A stretch of DNA of 64,000 nucleotides from Lingula anatina. Lineage: Eukaryota; Animalia; Brachiopoda. This document shows positions 48,622-63,001 of this stretch, one piece after another. The translations under genes and the position numbers were made by a program. The notes below the pieces were generated by a model that did no database searches, was not told where the DNA came from, and worked only from the letters and a program-made list of their open reading frames with translations. Where the stretch lies: assembly GCA_051362555.1 (NCBI GenBank), contig CM120647.1, forward strand, positions 17,894,651 through 17,958,650. Reading direction: 5' to 3'. Within the stretch, counting starts at the first letter, position 1. The number at the start of each line of letters is the position of its first letter.

Positions 48622-48892
48622 GGGCCCATTCCCAATGCAACTATCTTTCTACGTAGATCGTGTCAAATCCGCATTGACAAATACAATCAGATTAACAAAT
48701 TATGCGAATGCAATCAAATTAACACATGCCTCTTCTATTTTCAAACGTACTCGTATACTCGCCAGCTTTTCTGTATTCTACTCAACGCTAGGAGGAGGCA
48801 TTTCAATCTATTCATCTGGCTGTATTCAGCAAGATTCCCCACGGAGTTGGATCACCGCCAGTAACACCGATAGTTTTTTTGCGAATGAGCCC
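48622..48892. mobile_element. PIF/Harbinger-type MITE, TAA TSD
   Basis: Reads TAA|GGGCCCATTCCC...GCGAATGAGCCC|TAA. The internal sequence is homologous to the mucin-intron MITE. Confidence 0.9.
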
Positions 48893-51800
48893 TAAGACGT
48901 TATGATTCAAAAATCTCCTTTTATATCAAACGCGCGGCCGCTGGGAGACCGACTATGCGCCCTCACCCAAAAATACTTAACAACAGAAAAGGCTGCAATA
49001 TTTTAAGTTCATTAACACTGGTGTATAGATTGGAAGTTGAGTATCAAATATTGGCAAACCTCAACTGTGAAGGGGGCTGAGAACGGGCACAAATTCGTCG
49101 GTCACAAGCCCGGTGCAAAAGGCGCTTGAATAGCGACAAAAATGCATGAAGCATATTTTAAAACCGCATGATATATCTGAAAGAAAATGATAACTTTCTT
49201 AGGGCGTCTCTTGTTTTATTTTAACGATTTATACACTTGCGGATGTTGACCCCAAATACATAATCCGACCATTACACGAATAACTGTGATAACTTACATG
49301 AACGTTATAAATAAAGATGATACAAAATTCACTGACTGTGTTACACGACAACAGACTGTAATACGGCGTGAACCAGTTAGCAATATTTCATGTGACAAAA
49401 TTTCCATAAACAACACAGGGGCTTCTGACCTACCACGGAATTATACGATATAACCCCTAATGCGCATATCTCTGCTTAACTCAACCTTTGGCGACCACAA
49501 TGGCGAGGACGATCTCCTTTGCGGCTAGCCAGCAGAGTCAATTTTTTTGGTCAAATCCAACTCCTAAGTGCGATTAAATGAACTGTAATTGTATGGCCGC
49601 GTTCAGTTGATTAATTATACATTCTAGGCGTCCTCGACTCACAGTGGTCCCAAGTCGATTTCCTCAAGTTTGGGAGGAGTCCAACCCTCCCTCTGGCGTG
49701 GAAGCTCTCTTGAGTGTCACCTTAAGTCGGGTCGCCATTGTCAGTATAAATCAACCAGGGACAAGTGCGATGCAGCGTCTCCTTGAGTTCACGGGAAGAC
49801 ACGGTGTGCATTGCACCATTTCCGTCCTCTCTCTCTGTCTTTCTCTCACTCCCTCGACGTGACTGAAGCTGGGTCGGCCTTATCGTCATCAAATCAAGCA
49901 AACACCGCGTTTTCTTTCATTGCCATGGATTCGTGGCTTTTAAAGTGAGACATTTAATTAACCAATGACTGCACGATCTTTTATTGTCCTCTGCGTCATT
50001 CAGCCCGGGTGTCTGAATTGTTATTGTAGATTATTTCGCAATAAATCAGTCAGAAGATATTGGAAGAATTGTGACTGGAACATACAAAATATTCGAAGAA
50101 ATGTTGCAACCCATTGTAGGCAAATTGCTCACTTTTGAATATTTTGACCTTGTCTTTGATCTTTGCATTTAAATTGCAATGTCGATGTGATCTTTTCCAT
50201 TTATTCAAAATAATATATCAGAAATGATACTTTGTGCAAATTATGAAAATTCGGCATCAACTGTCGCAAAAATGAATCCCAATCTTTTTTTTCTTCTTTT
50301 TTTACATTTTGACCTTAAAATGTTCATATGGATGGCGTTTTATATGCATGGCGTTCAGTAAAACCAGGAAGTTAGCTTGAATGTAAAAAAAGCACCCTAA
50401 CAGTCTTCAACCATGTCAATTACTATTACCAGTAATTAAATAATTAGGCTTCCTTCATGGCCTTTTAAATATTTAATATTTAAAATATTTCAGATCAACC
50501 TGTTTAATGACATGCTTACTTTGACCATGGCAGACATTGGTAGCAATTCCCCAGCTGTAACTATTTATCTTCAATTTGATTTTACACAATTAAAAACTCT
50601 CTAAAGACAGTTGATATTACTCATGGTATAAATGCTACGATAATGGAATTTAGGAAAGAATGAAAGCGAAATATCACTTAGAGATATACTAGCAATAGCA
50701 ATAGCCATAAACTTGTATCGTAAAATACAAAGAAAGCCAATAAAAGTTTTTAAAAAATGCTCCAGCGTCCATGGCCAATGTCACAAAGCTATTGCTGGGA
50801 AGTCACAATCTGCGTGTACTTTTGACGCGCCTCACCACAAATGTTTAATAATTTATAGGGTTGTCTTCGAGAGCCCTTCAACCATCTGCCGCTATATTAT
50901 GACTATCATTTTTCAGTCAGGACAAAATTAGAGTTCAGCGTCACCTAGGCCGGTACAAAGCAAGGACACAAATCTGTAAGTAAATATTTGATACCATCTT
51001 AATTATTATTGATTCAAAATAATTTTAAATTATAAGATTGAAATGACGTTGTGGAGTATAGGATCTTTTATTGCTGAAGTGAGTTTTTAAATTCTATCCT
51101 TTTTTTTCAACAAAAGAGTCGGATTTCATTTAGAAGATGTACAAAATATAATTTAACCCTCAATGAAAAAAAATTAATAAAAAAATATATATGTTCCATG
51201 TTTAATGAAAAAGAAATGATCGTCATTGATGTTATTTACTTGTGAAGAAAAAAGTTTAAATGACGGCATGGTATCTGAATTCAGCTTTAAATATCTCCTC
51301 AATCAATGCGAGTCACGCCTTGAGATTTGAAAACAGAACAGAAGGTCCTTTTTGGTTTTTCTTGCACAAAATACATTTTGATACATTTACAAATTACAAA
51401 TCTATTTACAAATTAATAAATAATAAAAGGATAAGAATAAACTATGCATTGATAAGGAAATAGACGGAAACTACAAATAATGAATTCGATGATAATGCAA
51501 TATCATGTGACTAAGTTTGTTTGTTAGGACATAAAAATTACGCTTTACTCGCATAAGAAACGCAGTGTTTTGATGATGATGATTGCTAACTAAACTGAAG
51601 TACCTTGGCTCAAAAAGAAAACGGGTTACAATTTATGCTAATAAGGTTCATTGCAGGTGCAGGCCCTGTAGTTATGGCATACTTTATGTGCACAACGTTC
51701 AAGATAATTGTTAGGCCCCATTGACTCCTGTTTGTCAGCAAGATTTATTATTAAATAGAGAATTATTAAATTGTCTCCGAGGGAAATGTACAGGAGGCGA

Positions 51801-54286
51801 TTTTGGCGTCAGAATATAGCGAGAATATGCTTCTCGTTTGAAACATTAACTAAGCAACGCTTTAAAATGCTATAAAAGACCGAACTGGACGTAAAATCTT
51901 GAAGAAATGGAAATATGAGGTTAACAAAGAGCATTATGTAAAAAAAATGTCTCAATGCAAAGATTTGCACCAATAATTTGGACAATGCACCTTTAACTAG
52001 CAAGAACGAACTAGGTGTTGACGTCAGTTTTCAGGAAAATGTCTCACAGTACAGAAACTGTTACAGCTAGTGAAAAGCCAGAGAAATATCTGTGGACAGC
52101 TAGTGAAAAAGGCTTTTTAGCTTGGGAGACTACCGCCAACACATAATATATAAAATTATATGGGGAAAGATATAATTGTATTACCTTTTTTTTTGTAGTC
52201 ATTTTTTAAATTCCTAATAATAAGTGCTTATAGGTGATGTGCACTTGTATGTGCTGGTGCATTACACAAGACAAGAAATCCAATGCAGTGACTCACATGC
52301 CTATGTACCGCATTTAAATATAAATAGTAGGATAATCTCACATCAAAGGATAACATTAAAATATCCATAGACAGAGGATATTCATAGTGATTGCTCCTAT
52401 ATATCATATCTTCCAATGATATAGAATAGGCGTTGACTCAGTGAAAACACACCCATTAGTTAAAACACCGCTTCTTCGCAAGGATTTATGGTGAACATTA
52501 ATTGCCAAACGTACATTGTTCTTTTCTCCATATATTTTCGTTTGCTAAAATGCAAAGTTCAGCTTTCATCAAAGATTTATATTAGAGGAAAGGAAGTCGA
52601 ATTAAACTGTTACAAATATATTTACATCGTAATGCAAAAGGGGCGGAATAACTGTAATTCGTGCGTACGAGCACCCTCTGTGCGAAATATATTTAACTGT
52701 TAGAGTCACATACAGAAAGGCAAAAGGTCGAGAAGTGTTGGTGAGTATGACGGGTGTTAAAGGTAAATATGGCGACATTTTATTGATATCAGTAATAGGC
52801 ATGAATTTATTTTTAAAAATTTTCTTTTACTGAGAGTAATTATAACGTTTTGCTCACTTTTGCCTAGTCTTAAAAATTCAAATTCTATTTGTTGCAAAAA
52901 AAAAAAAAAAAGAAAAAAAAAGGACAATTATTTGCTACAAAAGTGCGTGAAAAGTTACTATGAAACATCAAAACGCATTTGGAATGAAATGAATGAAGAA
53001 GTTGACCCTGACATTGGCACAAATGATAAAAAATAATAACGACAACGATAACACAATTTATTTCTTGGAGTAGGTCATAGAGGCTTGTAAATAAAATGTA
53101 TATCCTTAGGTACTTGAATAACCAGGACAATATATTAAGAAACTCTTCAATCTGATTTATAGATGAGGAAGAAACTGTATAGCAGACAAATACATCATCG
53201 AAGCGGAGCAGGGTTTAAGTACATGAATAGCTACATGTATCTATGCCGTGACCTATAGGCTGCGTATGTGCACTTGTGTTCCCATCCTGGGCTTTATTCC
53301 TGATTTATATATATATAGATGTACATAAGCAGCTGGGAAAAAAACGCACAATTTGTTATTAACGTTCGAATTTTTGAAGAGGCAGAAGAATATAAAGACC
53401 AGTTAAGTGCAGGAAAAACAAACAAAAATATTTTAATGCATAAAAAATATGAAAGTTAATTGGATTATACTTAACAAAATGTAAATAATTAATATTAATT
53501 TGCTGAGTTAATATTTTATCAAATAACAGACCCATGCATTACAAGAATTTATGTTATTGTTTCTTGTTTGTGTTTTGTATGTTGATTTGTTTTTTCTTTT
53601 TTGTTGTTTATTTTTCATTTCTTTTTATCTGTTTGCACACTTGTTAGTTTTATGGTTCTTTTTTTTTGTGGGGGGCGGGGGTTTGCGGATGAAATGTAAA
53701 ATGTTTATATTAACGCAAAATGCGATCAGAAACAAACTCAGCGCACTCAGTGTCTTCTGTATCCGCGATGGATCGCTAAAAATGCATCTCTTGTCCCAGT
53801 TGATGTATGTGATGTATTCTACTGATCAACCGTTGGTCATTGACATTTCAATAGGAACAAAACACCCCTCTTGTAATTCTGTAAAAAGACAATTACACTG
53901 TTAAAACTTTTATGCACTATCCTCACTTGACATTTTGAAAATCGATTTCAACGAATGCCAGGTCACTGTTTGTCTTTATATGAATATGTTTACTCATAGA
54001 GTTAAGGGATGCTACGAACGACTAAAAACAGCCAAACGTATAATACAAGTAAAAATAAAACAAAATAGACAACCAGAATATAAGAAATAACATCAAGCTT
54101 TTCTCAATAACGCATCAGCTGACTGCGCCTAGGGTGTACTGAACTTTTTAGAGAGAGCATTCAAAAATGGCTTCATAGGCCTACAGTAATAAAGTATTTC
54201 TGAGGTATGTGACGGCAAACTACAACAAAAATATTTTAACTGATAGCATTTTATCTTTGTTTTTTACTTTGTATTACAGGCAAAAC

Positions 54287-56254
54287 ATGAAGATTTCGAA
54301 GCTATCACAGCCCTGCGCTGCTTGCCTCTGTACCATCTTAATACCGGTTCTTCTCACGAGCACGTACGCGTGGAACCTACCTCCAATCACAAATAATGGT
54401 AAGTTCCCGCGCATGCGCAGAAAACACGTTTCTTCATCATCATCATCATCATCATCAGCATCGCCATCAGCATCATCAAGCACGTCTACCTCTCCAAAAT
54501 CTACCTCAAGCCTGCTCCAGCAGGTTCTTCCTCTCCAATTGAGGACAAGCAGTATTGGGAACAAGCTCCGCTTGCAACAGGGGGCGCGCAATAACAACCT
54601 CGAAGTGGGTTGGCCCCCGACGATTAGCGCTAAAAGAAGAAATAGAAGAAGAAGACGTCGGAGAAGACCTGCTAAATGGCATCGCGCGCGCAGACATCCA
54701 CCTGAGGAAGCGACAGGTATCTATCATATTAGAACAACTCCGGTATCTTTATCTTAGAACAAATCTGTATCAGTGCATGGGTACACGGCATCATTCCGAC
54801 GGCAGTTTACGATATCAAAACGATATGTTGACGTCATCATGACGTCAAGGTGACGTTGACATGGCGTCGTGTACCTCCTGGAGAGAGAGAGGGAGCGAGT
54901 TTTTGTGAAATTTAAAGCTACATGTACATACGATGCGAGAGTAGATTCCCTGTTACGCATACAACATTGGTCAAAAAGGTTGTCCCACCCCCATTTCCAT
55001 GTTCTTTTATTTACAAATGGGGGTAGGACAACCTTTTTGACCAATGTTGTATATAGCCAGTTTTTTTACAAGACTCAAGTAAAGTCGACATGCCAAAGGA
55101 TAGACCCATTTGCTAATTAGGTCAAAAAGAAAAGCTTTAAAACTGCACTTTGTTCAAATTACTGTTCGGTTTGTAAATTCCCGCCACATAACGTACATGT
55201 AGTAATGCAAGACAAATCACTGTGGCACGGGCAATAACACAATCATTCAAATGGGAGTTGGCGTAAATGACAGAGGGTCATATACGACAAAAAGAAAGCA
55301 GAAAATAACTGTATTATTACTTTTAATGGGAAAGTATGAGACCATATCCTTTGGGATCTCTTTGAAAGTTATGCTTCATGTATTTGAATCTACATGCATA
55401 TAGTGGCAATTAGCCGGAGTTTGTTGCAATTATTTCACGTCAGCTCGCTTTAACATTCTATTTGGACAGACCTTCAGATGCGGTCGTCTTAATGTAACAC
55501 TTACAAAATTCCAATTCGCTTTCAGAAGTGTACACCGGAGGCAGTGGAACAGTATATCAGAGATACTTTGTGAATTTCTTCATTAATGTGTCACTAACGG
55601 AAGGTAATAACATGGTTATTTATTTATTTGTTTGTTTATTTATTTATTTATTTATGGCCTGAAACGTAGGTAAAGGTGTGACTTTAACGGTTTGTCTTTA
55701 TGTTTGTCCGATGGCGTTGTATAGACCTCGTTTGTATGGGATTTTTTTTCTGTCAATACTATTTGTGGCCAATTTGCTGCCTTATTAAATTTTCATTAAA
55801 AAAACGATATAATTTCAATGTTAAGGACAGGATCCCGAAAGATATTGTATTAATATATAATTGGGCTCCACAGAAATGCGACTCATGGTACAGAATCAAC
55901 CTGTAAAAAGTGGTACACACAATTATTCTGTGTGATAATACATACACCGTTATGAGAATATTTGACTATATTTGATACATATTGGGTGTATTTTTAAGTT
56001 CAAATGACTTGATCTTTTTCATTTATAGTCTATCCTCTATTTTCTAGTTTACGAGATATTGGCCAGTGTGACCGTCAAAGATGTCCGTGACTTCGGAAGA
56101 TTTGGCTACTCTGCTGTTGTGGAGGCAAGTGAGAGGTATGGCAAAATTTGGTTGACATACAATACAAAGACTACTATTAATTGCAACAGGTGTATACCAT
56201 AGAAATGGTGTTTACATTCTGTACTGAAAGTGGACCATATCAAGCTGCATGATT

Positions 56255-56292
<38 letters not shown>

Positions 56293-59200
56293 CTAAACAA
56301 AAGCGCTAATTATTCTTTTTCATGCATGTACGTTTTAAATCCCCACACCAAAAATGTGAAGGAAAGTAAAAAAAATAGATAAAAGTGAAAAGATTGATCA
56401 TAAAAACAATTACCAAAGAATAAATATTGGCCCTATAATATGATATCTGCCTACATTATTATTTCTCTTATATATGGAGATGCTTACCATGGATCTACAG
56501 GTGATATAGCTTAATTTCTTTAAAAACGTCCAGAAAAATACAATATTTATAAATTATATACAGTATATTCACTTTCTCCCCCTTTGTGTTCCAGTGAAGT
56601 GGATAACATACGTGTCAGTAACTCTCACTCTGTTAACTTCACCGAACAAGACGCATACGCCGGGGCCAATTGTGAGACACACGTGGCTTCCTCTAGTTAT
56701 CGCTGGGTAGGTAAAAAAAATTAAATAATATTAAATTTGTCTAAGGTAAAGCAGTATTTTTTCTTCAATCAGCAGCTAGTTATTTAACTCCATTATTTCG
56801 ATGTCCATTAAAAGCGTCGTCATCAGAGCCGATGAAATCCTTTTCTGATTTAAATTTATGTATCATAAATAGTTTTTTATCACATTCTTGATTTTATGTA
56901 TAACATTTCCTACCAAATCGACGTCATTGTGTTTATGTTGATTGTGGAGGTATTTGAAACAGTGAGCAACTCACAATGATTATTTTAAAATATTTTTGTC
57001 GGACTTACAAAATTATTTCAAGACTTAACGGTCATTACATAATTTACATTAGTTAATATTAGACTGGGTCATCAGATAACATGAGATAAGAGTAGATGGG
57101 TCAAATAAACAAAAACCTAACGGAGAAGTTAATTAATTTTGGCTTTATCTCCCTCACAGGGCTTGGATCGTATAGACCATCCGGACATTGTAACGGCGGA
57201 CGATGAGACTTTGAGCATAAATAACAATGGGACAGGCGTGGATGTCTACGTGCTGGATACAGGTACTCTAATATGCACACGCGCACGTGCACACACGCTC
57301 AAGCGCGCACACACACTCACACACAACCACATGTTTTGGCTTATCACAGTGTCTTATATTTAACCATTTTTACGAATAATTGAACTATATATAAAAGTCG
57401 AAATCAATTGGGAGAGATTGATAAATGCATACACAAGCATGCTAGCAAATACACCTAGGAGTTTCATTGTATATTTGACTTTAAAGTTAAAAAATTAATA
57501 ACTTTTAAAACATGACAAATTCATTTGGTGAATGCTATTAAACAAACAAACACACACACACACACACGCACACACACACACACACGCTTTCATCCACCAC
57601 AGCAATAGGCTCAAATATATTATCAGCATCATATTCGAAAACTGAAGTTATTTCCTAATCAACAGGTATTGCTAAAAACCACATGGACTTTGACGATGGG
57701 TCCGGTGTTAACCGTGTCATCTCGCTCTGCTACGATGCCTGGGAGTCCGTTGCCAACTGTGGTGGGGTCAATGACAGCGCCGACGACCACGGTCACGGGA
57801 CGCACATCGCAGGTCTCGTGGGGTCCCTCACCTGGGGGGTCGCCAAACGTGTCACACTGATTTCGGTAAGCGTTTTAAATTTGTGAATTGCCTAGTTGAA
57901 TAAAATTCGTAAACTGTTGGCAAAGGCCGGATACTGAGTTGCGTCACTCTGCAGACAGTGGTGGGCCTAACTGGTTTGTTTTACTCTATAAAATACGTAT
58001 TAGGGCTCATTCCCTTTGAAACTATAGGTGTACGTAGGTCGAGCCAACTCTGGTTGAATACAATCAGTTTAGCAGATTAACCCGCCCCCTGGTGTTGAGT
58101 AGAATACAGAGAAGGTGTGGAATATACGATTATGTTGGAAACAAGAGGATGCATGTCAATTTGTTTATCTGATTGCATTCAGCGAGCGTCCCCGCGGAGT
58201 TGGGTCGATCTATGTACACCGATGTTTTCAATGGAAATGTGCCCTGGGTCCGTCTGGATAATATAAATATGGCATAGTGTTTTTCCTGATATTTGAATGA
58301 CGTCGTGTGGTGTAGTCAGCGGTGAGGGTCGCAGGGGGCGAGTATCTTCACCGGTTTGGTGTTGTTTACCCGATTAGCAGGGTCAGAGAAGAGCTGTAGC
58401 GAGAGAGAGAGCGATTTTTCCCCGACTTCCTGAAATGTGAACTAGATTTAAGACACACTTATAGTCAGTAGACCTGGTAAGATTTAATGGGATATCAGTA
58501 AGGGTGTACATGTAAGAGTTAATGGTAGTGACAGAGTGAGACTGGTAGAGACACACATTGATCAGATACCGGTACATGTTTGCACGGTACTATCTTGTAT
58601 AAGGATATTATTAAGTATGTAACACTCAGTTAAGTGGGTGAAGATTATTTTATTCATATAATTCATTGTTCAAGGTGTTATTAATAACAGAAAGGCAATG
58701 ACCTCGATCTCATCATCCATGTGTTATCAGCAATGTGATATCCCATATAGTTTTAAATATAGTTTGTTTCCCTTTCGACGTTATCGCTATCAATGGAGTA
58801 ATCTGAACTTTTGAGGTCGTATACAAGTGTCTTTTAGTGCTCCTGTATTCATTACCTATATATATATATATATAAAATCGTATACTTTCTAATGACGGTT
58901 GGTGAATAAAATTTGCGGTCATTTTCAACTGTACCAGAGCTACTGGTGTCGGTAAGAGTCAGGTTTAGAATTATAAAACAACCCAAAGTACCGGTGCGCA
59001 ACAATCTAGCACCTAAAATGGGATTTTAGTTTCAAGAACAGTAAGAAGAATAGTAAATGGTCGCTTCCAATCCTAAAGTAATATTGTTTATTCACAGGTG
59101 AAGGTGCTGGACTAGCACCTAAATGGGATTTTAGTTTCAAGAACAGAATAGTAAATGGTCGCTTCCAATCTTAAAGTAATATTGTTTATTCACAGGTGAA

Positions 59201-59940
59201 GGTGCTGGACAGTAACAATACCGGAACCGTCAATGACGTTATCGGCGGCATCGACTGGGTCAAACAACAATATGCCGCCAGGGGGCGCCCTGCTGTGGCC
59301 ATCATGGCGCTGAACACGGGGATCCAAGTCACGCTGAATAACGCGGTAACCAGCATGTATGACGAGGGGATTGTGCCCGTGGTAGCGGCGGGCAATAATG
59401 GAGGTGACGCGTGTTTTTATTCACCAGCCAGCACCCCGGAGGCCATTGTAGTAGGTGAGAAAAGCACAATGCTGTGTAATTTAAGGCATTTTTAAAAGTT
59501 ACATCTGAAAACTGTTTGTGGCCATTGTATTACATATAATGCCAAATTGTTAAATTGACGAAGTATTATATTATATTATATTATATTATATTATATTATA
59601 TTATATTTCAGGTGCACTGACTTCAACAGACACCCTGACAAGTTTTACCAATGGGGGCAACTGCACAGGGATATACGCCCCAGGGGAGGCGATCGGTAGT
59701 TCCTATTACCTGAGTCCAGATCTCGCCCAATTTTTAGTCATGCAAGGGTCCTCCCAGGCCGCCGCCTTCGTCGCCGGAACTGTGGCCGTATTAATCGCTG
59801 ATAACGTCGGCCAAAACGAGACTGGAGGCGACTTCGTCGAGGCTATCAAGACCGCCCTCTATGATTTGTCTGCGCTTGGAAAAATAACAGGATACGTTCC
59901 ACACAATCGTCTGCTTCAAGTACCACGTGACACGTGTTAG
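54287..59940 (+). CDS. Secreted subtilase S8A, proteinase K/PCSK9-like, ~532 aa
   Basis: Exons: 54287-54716, 55526-55603, 56048-56135, 56595-56706, 57160-57262, 57666-57865, 59196-59454, 59612-59940. They total 1599 nt with compatible phases. Motifs: signal peptide, I9 propeptide (RYFVNF, GYSA, VNFTEQD), WGLDRID, VYVLDTG (Asp), HGTHIAG (His), AAGN (oxyanion Asn), DACFYSPAS, GSSQAAAFVAG (Ser). An acceptor at 54278-79 implies a non-coding upstream exon. Confidence 0.93.
58003..58244. mobile_element. PIF/Harbinger-type MITE in a subtilase intron
   Basis: GGGCTCATTCCC...GGAAATGTGCCC termini with the same internal arms as the other family members. Confidence 0.8.
59006..59209 (+). repeat. ~100-bp tandem duplication spanning a 3' splice site
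   Basis: ctagcacctaaa...tttattcacagGTGAAGGTGCTGGA occurs at 59006-59111 and again at 59112-59209. Confidence 0.95.
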
Positions 59941-60204
59941 GTTGCCATGGTGATGTAGTTCAAGGCGTCTTGGCAACATTACGCAAATGAAATAAACTTG
60001 AAAACTGTTTGTTGTCTTCTGTTTTTGAACAAACGGTACAAACGATTGTTCAAGAGGCAGCTGGTTCTACCTTCAGCTGATATTTTACAGTGCTGTCTAA
60101 TCATGAACAACTTGTATACACGTGACCTCATGTAATACATGTTACTATAACAAATAGTATGTGAAATATTATATTGTCTATGACAACTTTCAATCCTGTC
60201 TTCA

Positions 60205-60482
60205 TTTCTTCCTGCCTTCTTTTTTGTCTTCCTTTCCTTCTTCCTTCCTCCCTTCTTCTTCTCCACCTTCCCTCTTTTCTTTCTCCCTTCCTCCGTCACT
60301 CCTTTCCATTCCGCTTACCATCTTCCATCCCTCCCTTTCTTACCCCCTCTCTACATTCCTTCCCTTCCCCTTCTTTCTATCCTTCATTCCTCCTCTCATT
60401 TCTTCCTTCCTCCCTCTCCATTCTTTCCCTTCCTCTTTTCTTCCTTTTCCTTTCCATCTTTCCATCCACTCCTCCTGTCTCA
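60205..60482. repeat. Polypyrimidine (CT-rich) low-complexity tract
   Basis: Nearly pure C/T degenerate (CTTC)n downstream of the subtilase stop. Confidence 0.9.
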
Positions 60483-62019
60483 CTTTTACATTAGGTTTTA
60501 GTAGGATATCCTTTCTATTTTATTACCTATTTTTACGTCTGTTGACATCTTTCTTTCTCTTACCTCCCGTTCCAACAGGATGCCGTCGTGCATTTGACAA
60601 CCTCTACGTTAACTCAGGAGATGTATTAACACGTATGCACAAAAGTATTTATTTACTGTGTTTTTCGTTATTTATAGAACTGTAGGTCAATACTAACTTT
60701 ACAGAGATGACGAGAGAAGCTTGTTTTGTTGGTGACGGTAGTTTTGTTAAGATGGGGTATTATAATTACTAATTAACTCAACTTTTGTGACCACAGTGAC
60801 GATGAATTATAATTAAGCATGAATAAACTAGAAATGTGTGTTTTATTTTTGTACATAATATGTTTGGATATACGCTGGCTAAAAACGCCAAGGTCATATT
60901 TTGATGGTACATACACGTATGCTATATGCACCACGATGGCCAGCTGGTGACATATATCGAATAGTGTTTGTATTTTTTAATAAAATAACTGTGTGAAGAG
61001 TTAATAACATCTACCTACATTTCTGAATTTTTGAAATGCTGTGTTGATTGGGCAGAGTAATAAAAAGACAAAGAAACGAAGTCAGGTCTAAGATTTTGAG
61101 GAGGGCATTTTGTTTCTTGAAATTTATCCACTGCACATGTTCATGTATTGCACTAGGATAAAACATATTTCTCATTTCTAATATCATTAAGTATAAAAGA
61201 TAAATGTACGTATTGTATAACATAATGTAGCATATCTTAAACGTAAGTTTTCATATTTTCAACATTTTCGTACATATTTTCCCCACAAAACAAGATGGCT
61301 TTCTCGCACTCTCTGAACCCAAGAATTTTATTCAAGTTGTAGATGGGGTATGTGTCTGTCTGATGGCCATTTAATTTATCATTAAAAATGTTTCTTACCC
61401 ATTCCTGATGCTTAATGCCACATTACTCTCCCCGGTGTATTTACATTAATTAGATAATTGAGGCACTCACAGCGCGTAAGTTTCATCAAAAAGACACCAC
61501 TGCTGACGCCCAAGCCATCATAGCGGCCACAACACACACTTTCATATCAAATCAATTACAATTAAGAACCAATTAGATTTATGTGCTGCTCTACCCATAA
61601 CAATTTAAATGCAAAGTCCGCTATAACGATATAATTAGCGTTAAACAAAACCATTCCAAAGATTGAACTGCACGCATGAGGCATTTTTACCAAGGGGTGG
61701 GATCAAAATGAAATTGTTAGATTTTAAAAAGAAGGATGGATTCAGATTTATAATTTGAAGATTTTTAAGGGGTCAAAGATTGGCCACAAAATGTGTGCGT
61801 GGTTTTCCTCCTGCACGTGGTTTTTCACCGCATATCACGCTGCCGTTATTAAGAAAGAGAAGCATTTCAAGGCTTTGGGCCTCTCCTATGACAAAGGGCT
61901 ACTATCGTTTAAGTTATAGACGCCAAATACCTCAGTGCAAGATTGATGGTGAACTGCAATAAAAATAAAAATAACAAATAAATAAAGATAAAAACACAAT
62001 ACTACTAGTACTACTACTC

Positions 62020-62020
<1 letters not shown>

Positions 62021-62081
<61 letters not shown>

Positions 62082-62094
62082 TATTATTATTATT
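62021..62094. repeat. (AAT)n then (ATT)n microsatellite
   Basis: Directly visible. Other simple repeats: (TA)n 28302-28354, (AAT)n 29936-29979, (TTATA)n 59565-59607, (CA)n 48030-48340 and 56256-56290. Confidence 0.95.
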
Positions 62095-62872
62095 GTATAG
62101 CAGTTAGCTGCCTGTTTGATTGATTAATAAAGACACAGTGTGTAAGGCTGACAAGTATTATTCAACGTACAAAGTATTTTTTAAAATATTATCGCACATT
62201 GAAGTAAACTCCGTTTCAAAAGAAAAATCACAACCCAGCTTTCAATGAGAGATATTGTATAATTTGCATAATTTGCAGAGATCATTGGAATTGGCTGTTG
62301 CATGAGAGATCAAAGCAACATAATTTTCAATCATCTAAAGTACCAGCCAGTAGTTTCTAGGAAGGTCTCTACCCCAAAACGTAGCTATCCTAATGTCTAC
62401 ATGTAGACTTTAATTGCAAATTATTAAAGAGAGGCAAATCTTCGTACGAGATCTATATTTCACTGTAAAAACATTGTTAACAACTCACAGAAATATAATA
62501 TATTTCATTTTACCACAAAAACGGCAGTTAAAGCAGTTATTCTGAAATCTATGATTGCCATCAGACCATGTGACCCCCATAGATGGCTATACAATGTAAA
62601 AATCTCTTAAGAGATTATAAAAAAATAGAAAAAAAACAGGGACTAACATTGAATGTAGAAATGGATTCATTAAACATTGGTAAGTATTGAAAAATTGTTG
62701 TTCACTCCAGGAAAATTCATTTTTTTGGCCAAAATGAACAGTTGTTATCCCTTAACGCGTGCTTCCCTAGTACTCCCTGCAGAGAACGTTTTGAGTCTTT
62801 CCCTGTCCAAGATATTTACTTGGCACAGTATTCAATACGGGACATTTTGGGTGTTGACCTCCAGAAAACTGA

Positions 62873-63001
62873 TATAAATAATGGCGAACAAATTCCTTTG
62901 GTCCAAATCTGTTAAAAATCTCCAGGAGAGCAGCGGTCAATTCGTTTGATACCCACCAATTTGCTCTAAGATAAGGTGTGCAGTGAAAGTATATTTCAAA
63001 G
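62873..63001 (+). promoter_or_regulatory. TATA box and candidate non-coding first exon of the poly-Asn gene
   Basis: TATAAATA at 62873-62880, a consensus donor AAG|GTGAGT at 63001/63002, and a matching acceptor tttccag at 63587 just before the ATG. Confidence 0.55.

Noticed and set aside
49560-50980. Candidate promoter and 5' UTR exon of the subtilase (GTATAAAT ~49744; donor-like CT|GTAAGT ~50975)
   Set aside because: Several alternatives are plausible and none can be supported without transcript data.
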